A stretch of 64,000 bases of DNA from Candidatus Parcubacteria bacterium (GCA_002869265.1 PKTH01000005.1:1423-65422), one strand, 5' to 3'; shown: positions 46,625-56,861, counted from the first letter of the stretch. Made by a program: numbers and translations. Notes: a model not told the origin generated them from the letters alone.

Positions 46625-49600
46625 TTATTGTCTGTTTTGAGAGTAGGGTAGATATACTGAGAATTCGCTTCCCTCACCTTCAATGCTCTTCACCTTAATG
46701 CTCCCATTATGAGCTTCAACTATCCACTTGCATATTGAAAGACCCAGACCTGTCCCCCCCTCAGCTCTAGATCTCGCCTTATCAACTCTATAAAATCTTT
46801 CAAAAATATTATTTAACTCATTTTCCGGGATACCTATTCCTGTATCCCAAATTCTTATCAAAACACCCTCATCTTCTGGCTCGATAAATATTTTTACCTG
46901 GCCATTTTCGTCAGTATATTTGATAGCATTTCTTACCAAGTTCATAAAAACCTTATCTAGGCCGGCTTCGTCACCTGTTAACACGACCTCGTCAGCAGGG
47001 GCTACAAGCCCCAGATCAATTTCCTTATCCTGAGCAATAACTGACAAAGACTTAACTACAGACTCAATTAAGCTAACTAAATGAACTTCATCTAAACTAA
47101 TTTTTTCAATCTCAGAATCCGCATTTGTCAACATGGTTAAATCTGATATTATCCTACTCATTCTCTCGATTTCGTCACCTATGTCATCATACACACTTAT
47201 TATTTCTCCGGACCCTTCTTTTTGATCAATAGACAATAAATCTAAATTACCTTTCATTATAGTTAGCGGAGTACGAAGTTCATGTGAAGCGTCTGAAATA
47301 AATTTTAATTTTAGATCAAGTGCTCTGTTTAATTTTTTATTAGCCAAATCTAGCTCGGAGGTTCTTTTTTTCACCTTCTTTTCCAACTCCTGATTCAAAA
47401 CTTCTATCCTATTTTTATAAATCGTTGGTTCGGTGTTGTCTACCGCCATAGAAATTGCTCCCTCTACTCTGTTGCTAGAATCAAAAAGCGGAGCAGCAAT
47501 TATATTTAAAAATCTTTTTTCTCCATCTGCTTTGCTTTTGTACTCTAGGTTTGTGTACTTAAAGGACTCTCCATTTTCAAGCAATCTTTCATATAGGTTT
47601 TTTAATTTAGTGTTTTTTCTAATTTCTTTGGTATCATCAAGCATCCTCCCTGAAGCATCCTCCCCCATTAGCTCCTGCGCATGCTTGTTCATAGAAATAA
47701 TCTTTCCCTTTTTGTCGATTATTATAATACTAATTGGAACATTATTAAGAACTCTTTTTTTGAATTCATCTAGTTTTCGAATCTCTTCCTCTGCTTCTTT
47801 ATTCTCTGTGATGTTTGAAATTGTTACCACTGCCTGATAAACCTCTTTCACTCTATTGCGAGAGGGTGATATGTCAATTTTATAATAAAATGTTTTTTTG
47901 CCTTTGGCCGCTTTTTTTTCATAAGTCACAAACTCTCCTCTTTCTAAAACCTCTTTTAACAATACTTCAAAATTGCTTTTTTTTGTTTTAATATTTTTAA
48001 ACAAGTCGTTTTCATATAGGGGCAAGATTTTTTGATACTTCTTGTTTTTTATTTTCTCTACCTGAAGACCAACCTTTTCAGCAAAAACTTTATTATAACT
48101 AACTATGTTATTTTTTTTGTCTATAACTAAAATACCGTCCCGGATTGTATCCACCACTCCAAGATAATGTTTCTTTGTTTCAAACATTTTCTGTTCAGCT
48201 TTCTTGGCAGCGCTTATGTCCCTAATAATTGCCTGAATTGCTATTTTTTTGCCATTCTTTATTATAGGGCTAAGGCTGGCACTAACAAAATTGTTTTTTA
48301 ATTCTGACTTTGTTCTAAATTCAGCCTTTATTCCTTTATCATTTTTAATTAGCTTGTCTATTAGTTTTTTTACTGCTTCTTTATCTTTTTCGCTCACAAT
48401 ATCAAAAAATTGATTATTGGGCAGTTTAACTGAAGAAAAACCGACATCAAAAGACCTGTTGGTGAAAACTATATTACTATCCAAATCAAGCATAACAAAC
48501 ATATCGCTAGCGTGGTCTACGAGATCTCTATACTTTTCCTCACTTTTAGCTAGTTCCAATTTATTTTTTTCTCTATCAATGGCACCAGAAAAAATATGGC
48601 TCACCGCTCTAAAATATTCTATCTCTATTTTTGAAAGCTTTCTGTTGGATCCAGAGGCTTTAAAACACAAAGAACCGAAGATATTTTTTTTATAGGTAAG
48701 TGGAAAACAAAACTGATTTATTTTTTTAGCAAATTTCTCGCTACTCTTTTCTGAAACCTCATCACCATTGTGCTGATTTTTTACCATAGAAACAAAGGCA
48801 CATATTTCCTGAGAATTTATATTACACTCTTTTAATGCCTTTTTAGGAAAATCTTTGCTTGAATATAGATACACTTTTTCACCTTCTTTTTCTGGCAACA
48901 ACCTAAAACAAGCACTCACTAGATTTTTTGTCCAAAAAACCTCAAGAGAAGTGTTTAATAATTGCTCTAGCTTTTTGTTTAGAGGGATGTCTTCTATTGA
49001 TATTAATAATAACTTATTAAGCTGAGTCTGGTTTTCATTTATCTTGAACAATCGCTCTTCGGCTTTCTTTTCTCTGCTAATATCACTTATGATAACAAAC
49101 CACTCCTCTTTATTAATATTTCTGCTCACCTTCAGCTTTATTGGCTTAATTGTGCCATCTTTGCATGCTATTTTTGTCTCATACTCCCTAGGAGCTTCTT
49201 CAGAGTTTTTATCTTCGAGTCTCTCTTTAACATAGACATCTATTCTTTTTCTTTCGTCTTCTGCAAAAAGAGCTATATAGTTCATTTGCAATAACTCATC
49301 CTTTGTATAGCCCGATATGCTGGCCAGAGCTTTATTGACTTCAATAAACTTTTTCTTTCTTCCGTTTAGTACATAAAATCCTTCGTCTGCGTTCTCAAAA
49401 ATATCACCAAACATTTTTTCAGATTTCCTAAGTTCAGAAAACAAGAGAGCACTAGAAACACTTCTGGAGATAGCCTTTACAAAAACATCAAAAACATCAA
49501 TATAGCTTTTGTCTAGCTTGTCTGATAAAAAATCAAAATAAGCAATCAGCTGACCCCTCACCTCAAAAGGACAAACTATTGAATCAAGGCTCACACTTTT

Positions 49601-49984
49601 AGAGCCCTTATCCTCCTCGATGAAAAGTTTTCTATTTTTGAAATAGTGAGAAGAGCCTTCTGTGTAGTACTTTGAAAATTTATGCTTTTTATTCCTTTCT
49701 ATTTCATTGCTTAAAAAATCGTAACCTATTGATTTTCTTATGATTTTTTTATCTGTAACATCATTGAGGAATCTTACTCTCAAATATTTAGCATCTCCAG
49801 TCAGCATATTGAAAATCAAAGATATTCCCTTTGTCTCTAGTGCTTTGGAGATTTCTAAAAAATACTCGTCTAGATTAAAATCTTCACCAGTTTCATCGAT
49901 AGTCTTAATAAGAGAAATAAGGATATCAAGTAGTTCGTTGAGCTCTTTATTCTTTTTCTTGTTTTTTAATTTTACCAATTCCAT
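46625..49984 (-). CDS. Large cytoplasmic multi-PAS/GAF sensor histidine kinase
   Basis: 1119 aa with no obvious TM. Several PAS-like repeats, H-box SHELRTPLT, and N/G1/G2 ATPase boxes (RNAIKYT, DTGIGI, GGTGLGLSI). Confidence 0.88.
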   Translation of the reverse strand: MELVKLKNKKKNKELNELLDILISLIKTIDETGEDFNLDEYFLEISKALETKGISLIFNMLTGDAKYLRVRFLNDVTDKKIIRKSIGYDFLSNEIERNKKHKFSKYYTEGSSHYFKNRKLFIEEDKGSKSVSLDSIVCPFEVRGQLIAYFDFLSDKLDKSYIDVFDVFVKAISRSVSSALLFSELRKSEKMFGDIFENADEGFYVLNGRKKKFIEVNKALASISGYTKDELLQMNYIALFAEDERKRIDVYVKERLEDKNSEEAPREYETKIACKDGTIKPIKLKVSRNINKEEWFVIISDISREKKAEERLFKINENQTQLNKLLLISIEDIPLNKKLEQLLNTSLEVFWTKNLVSACFRLLPEKEGEKVYLYSSKDFPKKALKECNINSQEICAFVSMVKNQHNGDEVSEKSSEKFAKKINQFCFPLTYKKNIFGSLCFKASGSNRKLSKIEIEYFRAVSHIFSGAIDREKNKLELAKSEEKYRDLVDHASDMFVMLDLDSNIVFTNRSFDVGFSSVKLPNNQFFDIVSEKDKEAVKKLIDKLIKNDKGIKAEFRTKSELKNNFVSASLSPIIKNGKKIAIQAIIRDISAAKKAEQKMFETKKHYLGVVDTIRDGILVIDKKNNIVSYNKVFAEKVGLQVEKIKNKKYQKILPLYENDLFKNIKTKKSNFEVLLKEVLERGEFVTYEKKAAKGKKTFYYKIDISPSRNRVKEVYQAVVTISNITENKEAEEEIRKLDEFKKRVLNNVPISIIIIDKKGKIISMNKHAQELMGEDASGRMLDDTKEIRKNTKLKNLYERLLENGESFKYTNLEYKSKADGEKRFLNIIAAPLFDSSNRVEGAISMAVDNTEPTIYKNRIEVLNQELEKKVKKRTSELDLANKKLNRALDLKLKFISDASHELRTPLTIMKGNLDLLSIDQKEGSGEIISVYDDIGDEIERMSRIISDLTMLTNADSEIEKISLDEVHLVSLIESVVKSLSVIAQDKEIDLGLVAPADEVVLTGDEAGLDKVFMNLVRNAIKYTDENGQVKIFIEPEDEGVLIRIWDTGIGIPENELNNIFERFYRVDKARSRAEGGTGLGLSICKWIVEAHNGSIKVKSIEGEGSEFSVYLPYSQNRQ

Positions 49985-50042
49985 ACAAAAAAAATTAGAA
50001 CTTAAATTCCTTTAATTAGAATTTTATATAGTAAAACATTTT

Positions 50043-50735
50043 TTAAGTTTTTGGAAGCCCTAAGCCTTTATCCTGTATTTTATAGCCAACATCTCTCACG
50101 GTGTGTATTAGCTTATTTCTAAATCCCTTATCAACTTTTCTTCTTAAGTAACTAATATAAACATCAATCACATTTGAGTCGTCTGTAAAATTGTATCCCC
50201 AAATATGCTCCCCAATCATTGTTCTGGTGCAAACATGCCCCGGCCTTCTCATCATATAATCAAGCAGTCTGTATTCCTTACTAGACAATTTAAGTTCTTT
50301 CCCTGCCCTACTTACATCGTGCGTAGCTGGATCTAATATTAAGTCATCAATTTGCAACTTAGTTGATTTAACTGTCTTTTCTCTACGTAGGAGAGCCCTA
50401 ATTCGTGCAACCAGCTCACCAAAAGCAAATGGTTTCACCAAATAATCATCAGCGCCAGCATCAAGACCTTTTACTCTGTCCTCGATAGTGTCTTTAGCGG
50501 TTAACATAATGACCGGAGTCTCAATTTTATCATCACGCAACTGTTTAACAACGTCTATTCCTGACTTCTTGGGAAGCATAATATCTAGAATTATAAGGTC
50601 ATAAGAGTTTAACTCGATCTTTTCAATAGCATCTTCTCCATTATATGCAACATCAACAGTATAGTGCTCCATCTCTAGACCCCTCTTTATAAACCTAGTT
50701 ATTTTTACTTCATCTTCTACTACTAAAATAGTCAT
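50043..50735 (-). CDS. OmpR-family response regulator
   Basis: 230 aa. Receiver domain (DD...D..MP...K) plus a winged-helix trans_reg_C (RLLDYMMRRPG...TVRDVGYK). Confidence 0.92.
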   Translation of the reverse strand: MTILVVEDEVKITRFIKRGLEMEHYTVDVAYNGEDAIEKIELNSYDLIILDIMLPKKSGIDVVKQLRDDKIETPVIMLTAKDTIEDRVKGLDAGADDYLVKPFAFGELVARIRALLRREKTVKSTKLQIDDLILDPATHDVSRAGKELKLSSKEYRLLDYMMRRPGHVCTRTMIGEHIWGYNFTDDSNVIDVYISYLRRKVDKGFRNKLIHTVRDVGYKIQDKGLGLPKT

Positions 50736-50798
50736 AAAATTGATAATTAATTATATGACTATAATATATTATAAAAAGATTAAAAACAAATTAAATTA

Positions 50799-51386
50799 TT
50801 AATAAAATATAACATCTTTAAAAGTTTCCTTTACTCTGTCCTCCTTTTTATATATAACATTAAGCAAAAACTTAAAGTAAAGAAGAATAACTGCGATATA
50901 GAATACAAGAAAACTAAAGTTCCAAATATTTTCATTTGCTACTCCAAAAACAGCCAAGAAACCGACAGAAACGTATAAAATATAAAATACCAGTAATGCT
51001 CTCAAGAATGAACTCCTAGCGCTTGTTTGTTTGTCTATCTCAGATGAGATTCTGGCAATGGAAACCTGGATTGCCCTAAATAAAAATAAGAAAAGTATAG
51101 CCCTAAAGCCCGTATTGTCTTTAATTAGATAATCAAGAAAAAAAACGAGGAAAACTCCTCCAAAAAAGAAGGAGGACAAATAGGAGAACAGCTCTCTTTT
51201 TATCCTTAGAAATAAGGCTTGGTTTATGAAAAAAAAGAATAAAAGGAAAAAAATCTCAAAAAAAGCAAAAGAAATTATTTTATCAAAAAATAAGTCAAAG
51301 TTAATTGAAGCCCTGCCTAGCAATGCAAAAAACAGGCCAGCAGACACAAAAAACGCTAATTTTTTTACTATCTTTTCTAAAGTCAT
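50799..51386 (-). CDS. Hypothetical polytopic membrane protein
   Basis: 195 aa, 5-6 hydrophobic helices. The start abuts the upstream gene's stop (2-nt gap, 51386/51388). Confidence 0.45.
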   Translation of the reverse strand: MTLEKIVKKLAFFVSAGLFFALLGRASINFDLFFDKIISFAFFEIFFLLFFFFINQALFLRIKRELFSYLSSFFFGGVFLVFFLDYLIKDNTGFRAILFLFLFRAIQVSIARISSEIDKQTSARSSFLRALLVFYILYVSVGFLAVFGVANENIWNFSFLVFYIAVILLYFKFLLNVIYKKEDRVKETFKDVIFY

Positions 51387-51387
51387 T

Positions 51388-52575
51388 TTATTTCTTTTTT
51401 AAGTGTATTATTTCTCTCCAAACCTTTTGTCCAGGACGTCCATAGACAATCCCTCCTTTTTGGCTAAGTGAGAACATGTTGTTCTTTAGATACTCCTGGT
51501 TTATCAAGGGAACAATTTCAAACCCACTGTGATTTATTTTATCTAGAAATAGCTTTTTCTTATCTCCAGCCCGGGAAACAAAAACTGGCCAAACCATAAC
51601 GACATCTGCGCCCTTTTTTAAACATTGATAAATTGATTTTAAGCTATCTGAATATAAATTCTCTAGCTCTGACACTGTTTTATGCAAATCATGCTCTCCT
51701 CTCTGTGGACCTAAATATGGCTCGGTTACAACAGCATCAATTTCTTCTTCTATGATCTCAGACACTTTTGTAGCACTTATTTTATGTAATTGAAAATTTG
51801 CATTATACCTCTCGTCTCTTTGTAGCCAGTTCAGATTTTTTCTAGAATCATCAATCGCCTTTTGGGAAATGTCAGTTCCATATATTTTTTTTACACCCAT
51901 GACTGAAGCTTCAGCTAATATTGTCCCCGAACCACAAAAGGGATCTAGAAAAACAGTTTTCTCCTTCACTTGAGCAATATTTAACATAATTTGAGCTAAT
52001 TTTGGTGGTATCATCCCTGATTCATCGTCCCTTTCTGGCCTCCCATAATCTCTTCTAGATAAGCCCTTAAAATCTTGAACTGCTAAAGTTTTTCCTAAAT
52101 AAAAAATATTTCCTATCTTAAATACACAAAAATCTACCCCCTTTTCAACAAGTTTGTTTTGCTCAACAATCACGCTTGAAAGATCGTTTTCTTTACTGGT
52201 AACCCACCTAGAAGAAACCCCATCTTCCTTTAAATACTTTTTAAATTCCATTGCAAAACGATTAATGTTCATTCTCACCTGACTATAAACTGAAAAACCA
52301 AACTTGTACTTAAAATCAATGTTTGCTGTCCCGGCTGTTTGAATAAAGTCAGCAATGCCTAGATTGTTTTTCTCCATCGATATTATTCCTATTTTTATAG
52401 CTCCTCCCATTTTTTTTACAAGCTCAGCGCAGTTTATTTCTTTTTTTGTTTCAATAAAAACGAATCTTCTGTCATGGGCTTGAACTTTTTGAAAATTATC
52501 ATCGTTTCCTGAAATAGCAAGAATCTCTGCTAAGGACAAGCTTGGGTTTGAACCTAATATTAAAAAATATTTCAT
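51388..52575 (-). CDS. Putative RNA (guanine-N2/adenine-N6-type) methyltransferase, Trm11/RlmL-like
   Basis: 395 aa. N-terminal RNA-binding-like domain, SAM motif I LDPFCGSGTILAEA, and motif IV-like VVTEPYLGP. Confidence 0.5.
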   Translation of the reverse strand: MKYFLILGSNPSLSLAEILAISGNDDNFQKVQAHDRRFVFIETKKEINCAELVKKMGGAIKIGIISMEKNNLGIADFIQTAGTANIDFKYKFGFSVYSQVRMNINRFAMEFKKYLKEDGVSSRWVTSKENDLSSVIVEQNKLVEKGVDFCVFKIGNIFYLGKTLAVQDFKGLSRRDYGRPERDDESGMIPPKLAQIMLNIAQVKEKTVFLDPFCGSGTILAEASVMGVKKIYGTDISQKAIDDSRKNLNWLQRDERYNANFQLHKISATKVSEIIEEEIDAVVTEPYLGPQRGEHDLHKTVSELENLYSDSLKSIYQCLKKGADVVMVWPVFVSRAGDKKKLFLDKINHSGFEIVPLINQEYLKNNMFSLSQKGGIVYGRPGQKVWREIIHLKKK

Positions 52576-52639
52576 ATTTATTTTATTCTATATACCCCTA
52601 AATTAGCATAAGTGGGATGGTCTTGCAATTTTAGAAAAA

Positions 52640-52782
52640 CCATGATAAGCTTCCAATGAAATTTAAAACCTTTTCCATGCGCTTGAAAGAGCGCGATTTC
52701 AACGAAAGAATTGAAATCATGGGTATCTATTTTTATATACCCGGGGAAGTCCGGTTTTTTTATTTATTAATTTAATATAAAT
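52640..52782 (+). promoter_or_regulatory. Structured 5' leader of the rpsF-ssb-rpsR operon (candidate ribosomal-protein autoregulatory leader)
   Basis: Three-way junction: CCATG(52665-69)/CATGG(52708-12) enclosing hairpins GCGCT-TGAAAG-AGCGC and GATTTCAA-CGAAAGAA-TTGAAATC. Next come GGGTAT/ATACCC and a terminator-like CCGG-GGAAGT-CCGG plus T7 (52731-52751). There is no SD before the rpsF ATG. Confidence 0.4.
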
Positions 52783-53364
52783 ATGTCGAGAACAAAAAAA
52801 ACAACTTTACCGCATTATGAGCTTCTTTATATTGTTTCAAACAAGTATACAGAGCAGGAAGTAAAGCCAATTGCGGAAAAAATTGAAAAACTTATCACCG
52901 ATGCTAAAGGTGAGATTAATTACAAAGAAGAATGGGGAAAGAAAAAATTTGCTTACCCTATAAACCATTTTAATCATGGATATTACTTTTTAATCGAATT
53001 TGATTTAGCTGGAGTCGACCTAAAAGAGGTAGACACTGAAATCAAACACATGCACGAAGTGTTAAGACATCAAATTATTACAAAAAGAAAAAGAAGTCTA
53101 GAGGAAATAGAAGACGAAAAAAGAATTCTTGCTAAACAAGCAAAGAGGGCAGAAGAAAAAAGAGCGGAACTAGAGTCAGGAGCCGAAAAAAAACCAGAAG
53201 CAAAAGTAAAAAAATCTGCAGAAGTTGCTAAGGAAGCAAAAAAAGAAGAAAAAGAAAAGGTTAAGCCAGCAGAGAAAGAAAAAAGTAAAGAGGAGGTTCA
53301 ATTAAACTTAGATAAACTAGATGAAAAACTAGACAAGATTCTAGACACAGATGATTTATTATAA
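52783..53364 (+). CDS. rpsF: 30S ribosomal protein S6 (with a long K/E-rich C-terminal extension)
   Basis: 193 aa. S6 core: YELLYIV...WGKKKFAYPI....GYYFLIEF. Confidence 0.88.
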   Translation: MSRTKKTTLPHYELLYIVSNKYTEQEVKPIAEKIEKLITDAKGEINYKEEWGKKKFAYPINHFNHGYYFLIEFDLAGVDLKEVDTEIKHMHEVLRHQIITKRKRSLEEIEDEKRILAKQAKRAEEKRAELESGAEKKPEAKVKKSAEVAKEAKKEEKEKVKPAEKEKSKEEVQLNLDKLDEKLDKILDTDDLL

Positions 53365-53385
53365 TTAATACTTAACTCTAATACT

Positions 53386-53823
53386 ATGAATTTAAACAAA
53401 GCTATGGTTATCGGGAATCTAACCAGAGACCCGGAAATTAAAACAACTCCATCTGGTCAATCAGTAGCGTCTTTCTCAATCGCAACAAACTTCGTCTGGA
53501 CCGATCAAAGCGGACAAAAACAAGAAAGAGCAGAATTCCATAATATCGTTGCTTGGAGAAGGTTAGCTGAAATTTGCGGTCAATATCTAAAAAAGGGTTC
53601 TAAGATTTATATCGAAGGAAGACTACAAACAAGAGATTGGGTTGGCCAAGACGGCATTAAAAGATATCGGACAGAAATCATCGCTGAAAACATGATTATG
53701 CTAGATAGCAAAGGCGGAGCTCCTTCTAACTTCCAGGCACCAAGCCAAGAAGCTAATGAACCAGTTATCAATGTCGACGAAGATCCAAAAGATGAAATTC
53801 AAGTAGAAAATATTCCATTCTAA
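53386..53823 (+). CDS. ssb: Single-stranded DNA-binding protein
   Basis: 145 aa. [19 protein letters not shown] fold and an acidic C-terminal tip ending in IPF. Confidence 0.92.
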   Translation: MNLNKAMVIGNLTRDPEIKTTPSGQSVASFSIATNFVWTDQSGQKQERAEFHNIVAWRRLAEICGQYLKKGSKIYIEGRLQTRDWVGQDGIKRYRTEIIAENMIMLDSKGGAPSNFQAPSQEANEPVINVDEDPKDEIQVENIPF

Positions 53824-53837
53824 AATTAACTAAAAAT

Positions 53838-54050
53838 ATGATTACTCAAGAAAAATACTGTCACTTCTGTGTGAACAACTTAAAAGAAATTGATTATAAA
53901 AATACTCAATTACTACAAAGATTTATTAATAGCTACATGAAAATTAAACCAAGAAAAAGAACTGGTACTTGTTCTTGGCACCAAAGAAAATTAGCTACTG
54001 CCATCAAAAGAGCTAGAATAATGGCCCTGCTACCATTTGTAAGTAAATAA
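53838..54050 (+). CDS. rpsR: 30S ribosomal protein S18
   Basis: 70 aa. IDYKN..LL.RFI...KI.PR..TG.C..HQR.L..AIKRAR. Confidence 0.9.
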   Translation: MITQEKYCHFCVNNLKEIDYKNTQLLQRFINSYMKIKPRKRTGTCSWHQRKLATAIKRARIMALLPFVSK

Positions 54051-54053
54051 ATT

Positions 54054-54611
54054 ATGTTGAGCTTAAATGAAATCAAGGTAGGGAAGGTTTTGGAAATCAA
54101 CAACGAGCCCTTTATCGTTATTAAAGCGGATCACCATAAAATGGGAAGAGGAGGGGCGGTCCTAAAAACCAAACTAAAAAGCCTCATTTCAAATAATGTC
54201 TTAGAAAAAACTTTCCAGGGGAATGATAAGGCTGATGAAGCGGAGATCGAAAGAAAAAAAGCGAATTTCATGTATATGGATGAAAATGAGGCTCACTTTA
54301 TGGATAACACAGATTTTGAACAATTCAGTCTCCCCCTAGACCAAATTGGGACAAAAACAAAATTCCTTAAAGAGGGAACAGATGTAGATGTTCTACACTT
54401 TTCAGGAAATCCAGTGTCTATTGATTTGCCTATAAAAATTACTCTAAAAGTAACTAGTGCGCCCCCAGGAGTAAAGGGGAATTCAGCTGGTAATGTTACT
54501 AAACAAGTTGAGCTAGAAACTGGCGCCTCTATAAATGCCCCCTTGTTTGTTAACGAGGGTGACAATATTGTTATCAATACAGACTCGGAGGAATACGTTG
54601 AAAGAGCTTAG
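54054..54611 (+). CDS. efp: Elongation factor P
   Basis: 185 aa. KVGKVLEINNEPFIVIKADHHKMGRGGAVLKTKLK and the three-domain EF-P pattern. Confidence 0.92.
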   Translation: MLSLNEIKVGKVLEINNEPFIVIKADHHKMGRGGAVLKTKLKSLISNNVLEKTFQGNDKADEAEIERKKANFMYMDENEAHFMDNTDFEQFSLPLDQIGTKTKFLKEGTDVDVLHFSGNPVSIDLPIKITLKVTSAPPGVKGNSAGNVTKQVELETGASINAPLFVNEGDNIVINTDSEEYVERA

Positions 54612-54621
54612 CTTTCCTAAC

Positions 54622-54650
54622 AAAAAAACTGCCCTAGGGCAGTTTTTTTG
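54622..54650. terminator. Bidirectional intrinsic terminator (efp / recA)
   Basis: Palindrome CTGCCCTAGGGCAG flanked by A7 and T7 runs. Confidence 0.8.
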
Positions 54651-54662
54651 TTTTAGAAATTT

Positions 54663-55694
54663 TTATATATCTTCTCTGCTTTTTGCTTCAGCTAGTATTT
54701 TCTTTCTTATCTCTTTCATTAATTTTTTATCAGCCTTTAAAAATCTTTTTGCATTTTCTCTGCCCAAACCTAATTTTACATCTTCAAAAGAATAAGAATT
54801 ACCAGATTTAGAAATAACCCCGAAAGATGTTCCAAGGTCTAAGAGATCGCCGGAAATTGAAATACCCTCGTTATACATTATGTCGAACTCACAAGACTTA
54901 AATGGGGCTGCAACTTTGTTTTTTACAATCTTACATTTAATCCTATTACCAATTATTTTTTCAGCCTGCTTGATTTGAGCGGCCCTTCTAACCTCCACTC
55001 TTAAAGACGCATAAAATTTCAGAGCATTCCCACCAGTGGTTGTTTCTGGATTGCCAAAGAAAACTCCAATCTTCATTCTGATTTGGTTAATAAAAATGAC
55101 CACTGTTTTTGATTTTGCAATAACCCCGGTCAACTTTCTTAAGGCCTGGCTCATTAGTCTGGCCTGTGAGCCCATTTGCGAATCACCCATATCTCCCTCA
55201 ATCTCTTTTTGAGGAACTAGAGCAGCAACACTGTCAACGACAATAACATCAACCGCGTTTGAACGGACTAAGGTTTCTACAATCTCTAGAGCCTGCTCTC
55301 CGGTGTCAGGCTGAGAGATCAACATGTCTTTAACATTTACTCCAATCTTTTGAGCGTATTCTGGATCTAGAGCATGCTCAGCATCAACAAAAGCAGCAAT
55401 TCCACCCATCTTTTGCACTTCTGCAACAATGTGTTGAGCTAAGGTGGTTTTACCAGATGATTCTGGACCGTAAACCTCTATAATTCTTCCACGCGGAACC
55501 CCACCTATCCCCAGGGCCATATCCAAAGAAAGGCAGCCAGTTGGTACAGCATCAACATTTACTTTTTTTGCTTCACCAAATTTCATTATTGCTCCCTCAC
55601 CAAATTTTGTTTTAATTTGTTCCATTGCGGTGTCTGCCGCCTTTTGTTTTTCATCAAGCTCAGACGAATTATTTGTTTTTTTATCTTTTGACAT
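54663..55694 (-). CDS. recA: Recombinase RecA
   Basis: 343 aa. [11 protein letters not shown] Walker [10 protein letters not shown], and the L1/L2 loop blocks. Confidence 0.95.
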   Translation of the reverse strand: MSKDKKTNNSSELDEKQKAADTAMEQIKTKFGEGAIMKFGEAKKVNVDAVPTGCLSLDMALGIGGVPRGRIIEVYGPESSGKTTLAQHIVAEVQKMGGIAAFVDAEHALDPEYAQKIGVNVKDMLISQPDTGEQALEIVETLVRSNAVDVIVVDSVAALVPQKEIEGDMGDSQMGSQARLMSQALRKLTGVIAKSKTVVIFINQIRMKIGVFFGNPETTTGGNALKFYASLRVEVRRAAQIKQAEKIIGNRIKCKIVKNKVAAPFKSCEFDIMYNEGISISGDLLDLGTSFGVISKSGNSYSFEDVKLGLGRENAKRFLKADKKLMKEIRKKILAEAKSREDI

Positions 55695-55784
55695 ATTATT
55701 AATTTATTTCGGAATAAAAAAAGATTTATTTTAATAAACCTCCTTTTATAAGCATATATTATATTCATTTTTAAAGCAATATAG

Positions 55785-56453
55785 CTATTTTACCAAAATC
55801 TGCCTTTTAATTATGTTAGTTTTACCGTATTTTTTACTTGCTTCTATAATAATCTCATTTATCCCCTCCTTTAATTTAAGCTCTTTTTTAAAGCTAGAGT
55901 CGAGATTAACAAGAATGCTTTCCCCATTAATACTAATTTCAGCATCATTTTCAGTATAACCCTCTATTATTATGCTTTTTTCTTCTGTTATAAAATCTTC
56001 CGCCGGCTGGATCAAAACGAGTTCTGGCGCTGACCTAATATCCTGAAAACTATAGGCCAGGTAAGTAAAAAAAGAAGCTACAATCATTAAAATAAAGATA
56101 TTCCTAAAAAGAGCTGGTAGAGAAAGAAAATACTTATTATTTACAACTTGGTTTGAAAATAATTTTTTCCCGGTTTTCTTGTTTTTGTTGTCTAGTTGAT
56201 CAAAAGCCTCCAAGATCGTATCTATATTTAATGAGAGAAACTTAGCATACTGTTTTAGAAACTTTCTAGCATAAAGGCCGCTCGGTAGTGCTGAAAAATC
56301 TCCACTTTCTATTGCCCTAAGATATTTTAAATTTATCTTTGTTTGTCTAGAAACTTCTTCAAGACCAAGTCCCCTTTCCTCTCTAGCCCTTTTAAGGTCT
56401 TTGGCTATTAAATCATAATCTGTTTGAATTTCGCTTTTGCTGAACTGGTTCAT
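55785..56453 (-). CDS. RodZ-like HTH (XRE-type) membrane-anchored protein
   Basis: 222 aa. N-terminal HTH (LKRAREERGLGLEEVSRQTKINLKYLRAIE), one TM, extracytoplasmic C-terminal domain. Confidence 0.65.
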   Translation of the reverse strand: MNQFSKSEIQTDYDLIAKDLKRAREERGLGLEEVSRQTKINLKYLRAIESGDFSALPSGLYARKFLKQYAKFLSLNIDTILEAFDQLDNKNKKTGKKLFSNQVVNNKYFLSLPALFRNIFILMIVASFFTYLAYSFQDIRSAPELVLIQPAEDFITEEKSIIIEGYTENDAEISINGESILVNLDSSFKKELKLKEGINEIIIEASKKYGKTNIIKRQILVK

Positions 56454-56458
56454 TCTTT

Positions 56459-56857
56459 TTATTTAGACTGATTCCACTCTCCAAAAGGACCAGACTTGTA
56501 ACCGAGTGCGGTCATTGTGTATTGAATAATTAGAAAACTAGAAAATATAATTATAAGACCAATAATTGAGTTTATAAGTATCTGTTTTCCTTTAGTAACT
56601 TTTTCAGCGCTCCCTCCAGAAATTAGAAAGGTTACACCGCCATAAACAAAATACAAAAGAGCAATAGAGCCAGATAGCCCTAAAAGAATATCTGTTATGT
56701 TAACAGCTGTCTGAACGATTTGGTTTATAGTGCAATTTCCTTGATCTAAACATTCTGAATTTATCCCCTTAAATATCCCATTGTCAGCAGACACAAATCT
56801 CAGTGGCAATAGGAGAACAAACAACAGGGCAGGACTAATGATTTTTTTTATTTTCAT
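56459..56857 (-). CDS. Small secreted 2-TM protein, possibly a TrbC/VirB2-like pilin
   Basis: 132 aa. Signal peptide, a Cys pair, then two long hydrophobic helices separated by a short basic loop. The topology resembles VirB2-type pilins; the assignment is tentative. Confidence 0.35.
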   Translation of the reverse strand: MKIKKIISPALLFVLLLPLRFVSADNGIFKGINSECLDQGNCTINQIVQTAVNITDILLGLSGSIALLYFVYGGVTFLISGGSAEKVTKGKQILINSIIGLIIIFSSFLIIQYTMTALGYKSGPFGEWNQSK

Positions 56858-56861
56858 ATTC

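Noticed and set aside
46398-46651. AGGAGG on the plus strand followed by TTG-initiated 81-aa ORF 46406..46651
   Set aside because: The SD-to-start spacing is only ~2 nt. The product is low-complexity (N/F/Y/K-rich) AT-driven sequence, and it overlaps the histidine kinase stop region. It is probably non-coding spacer.
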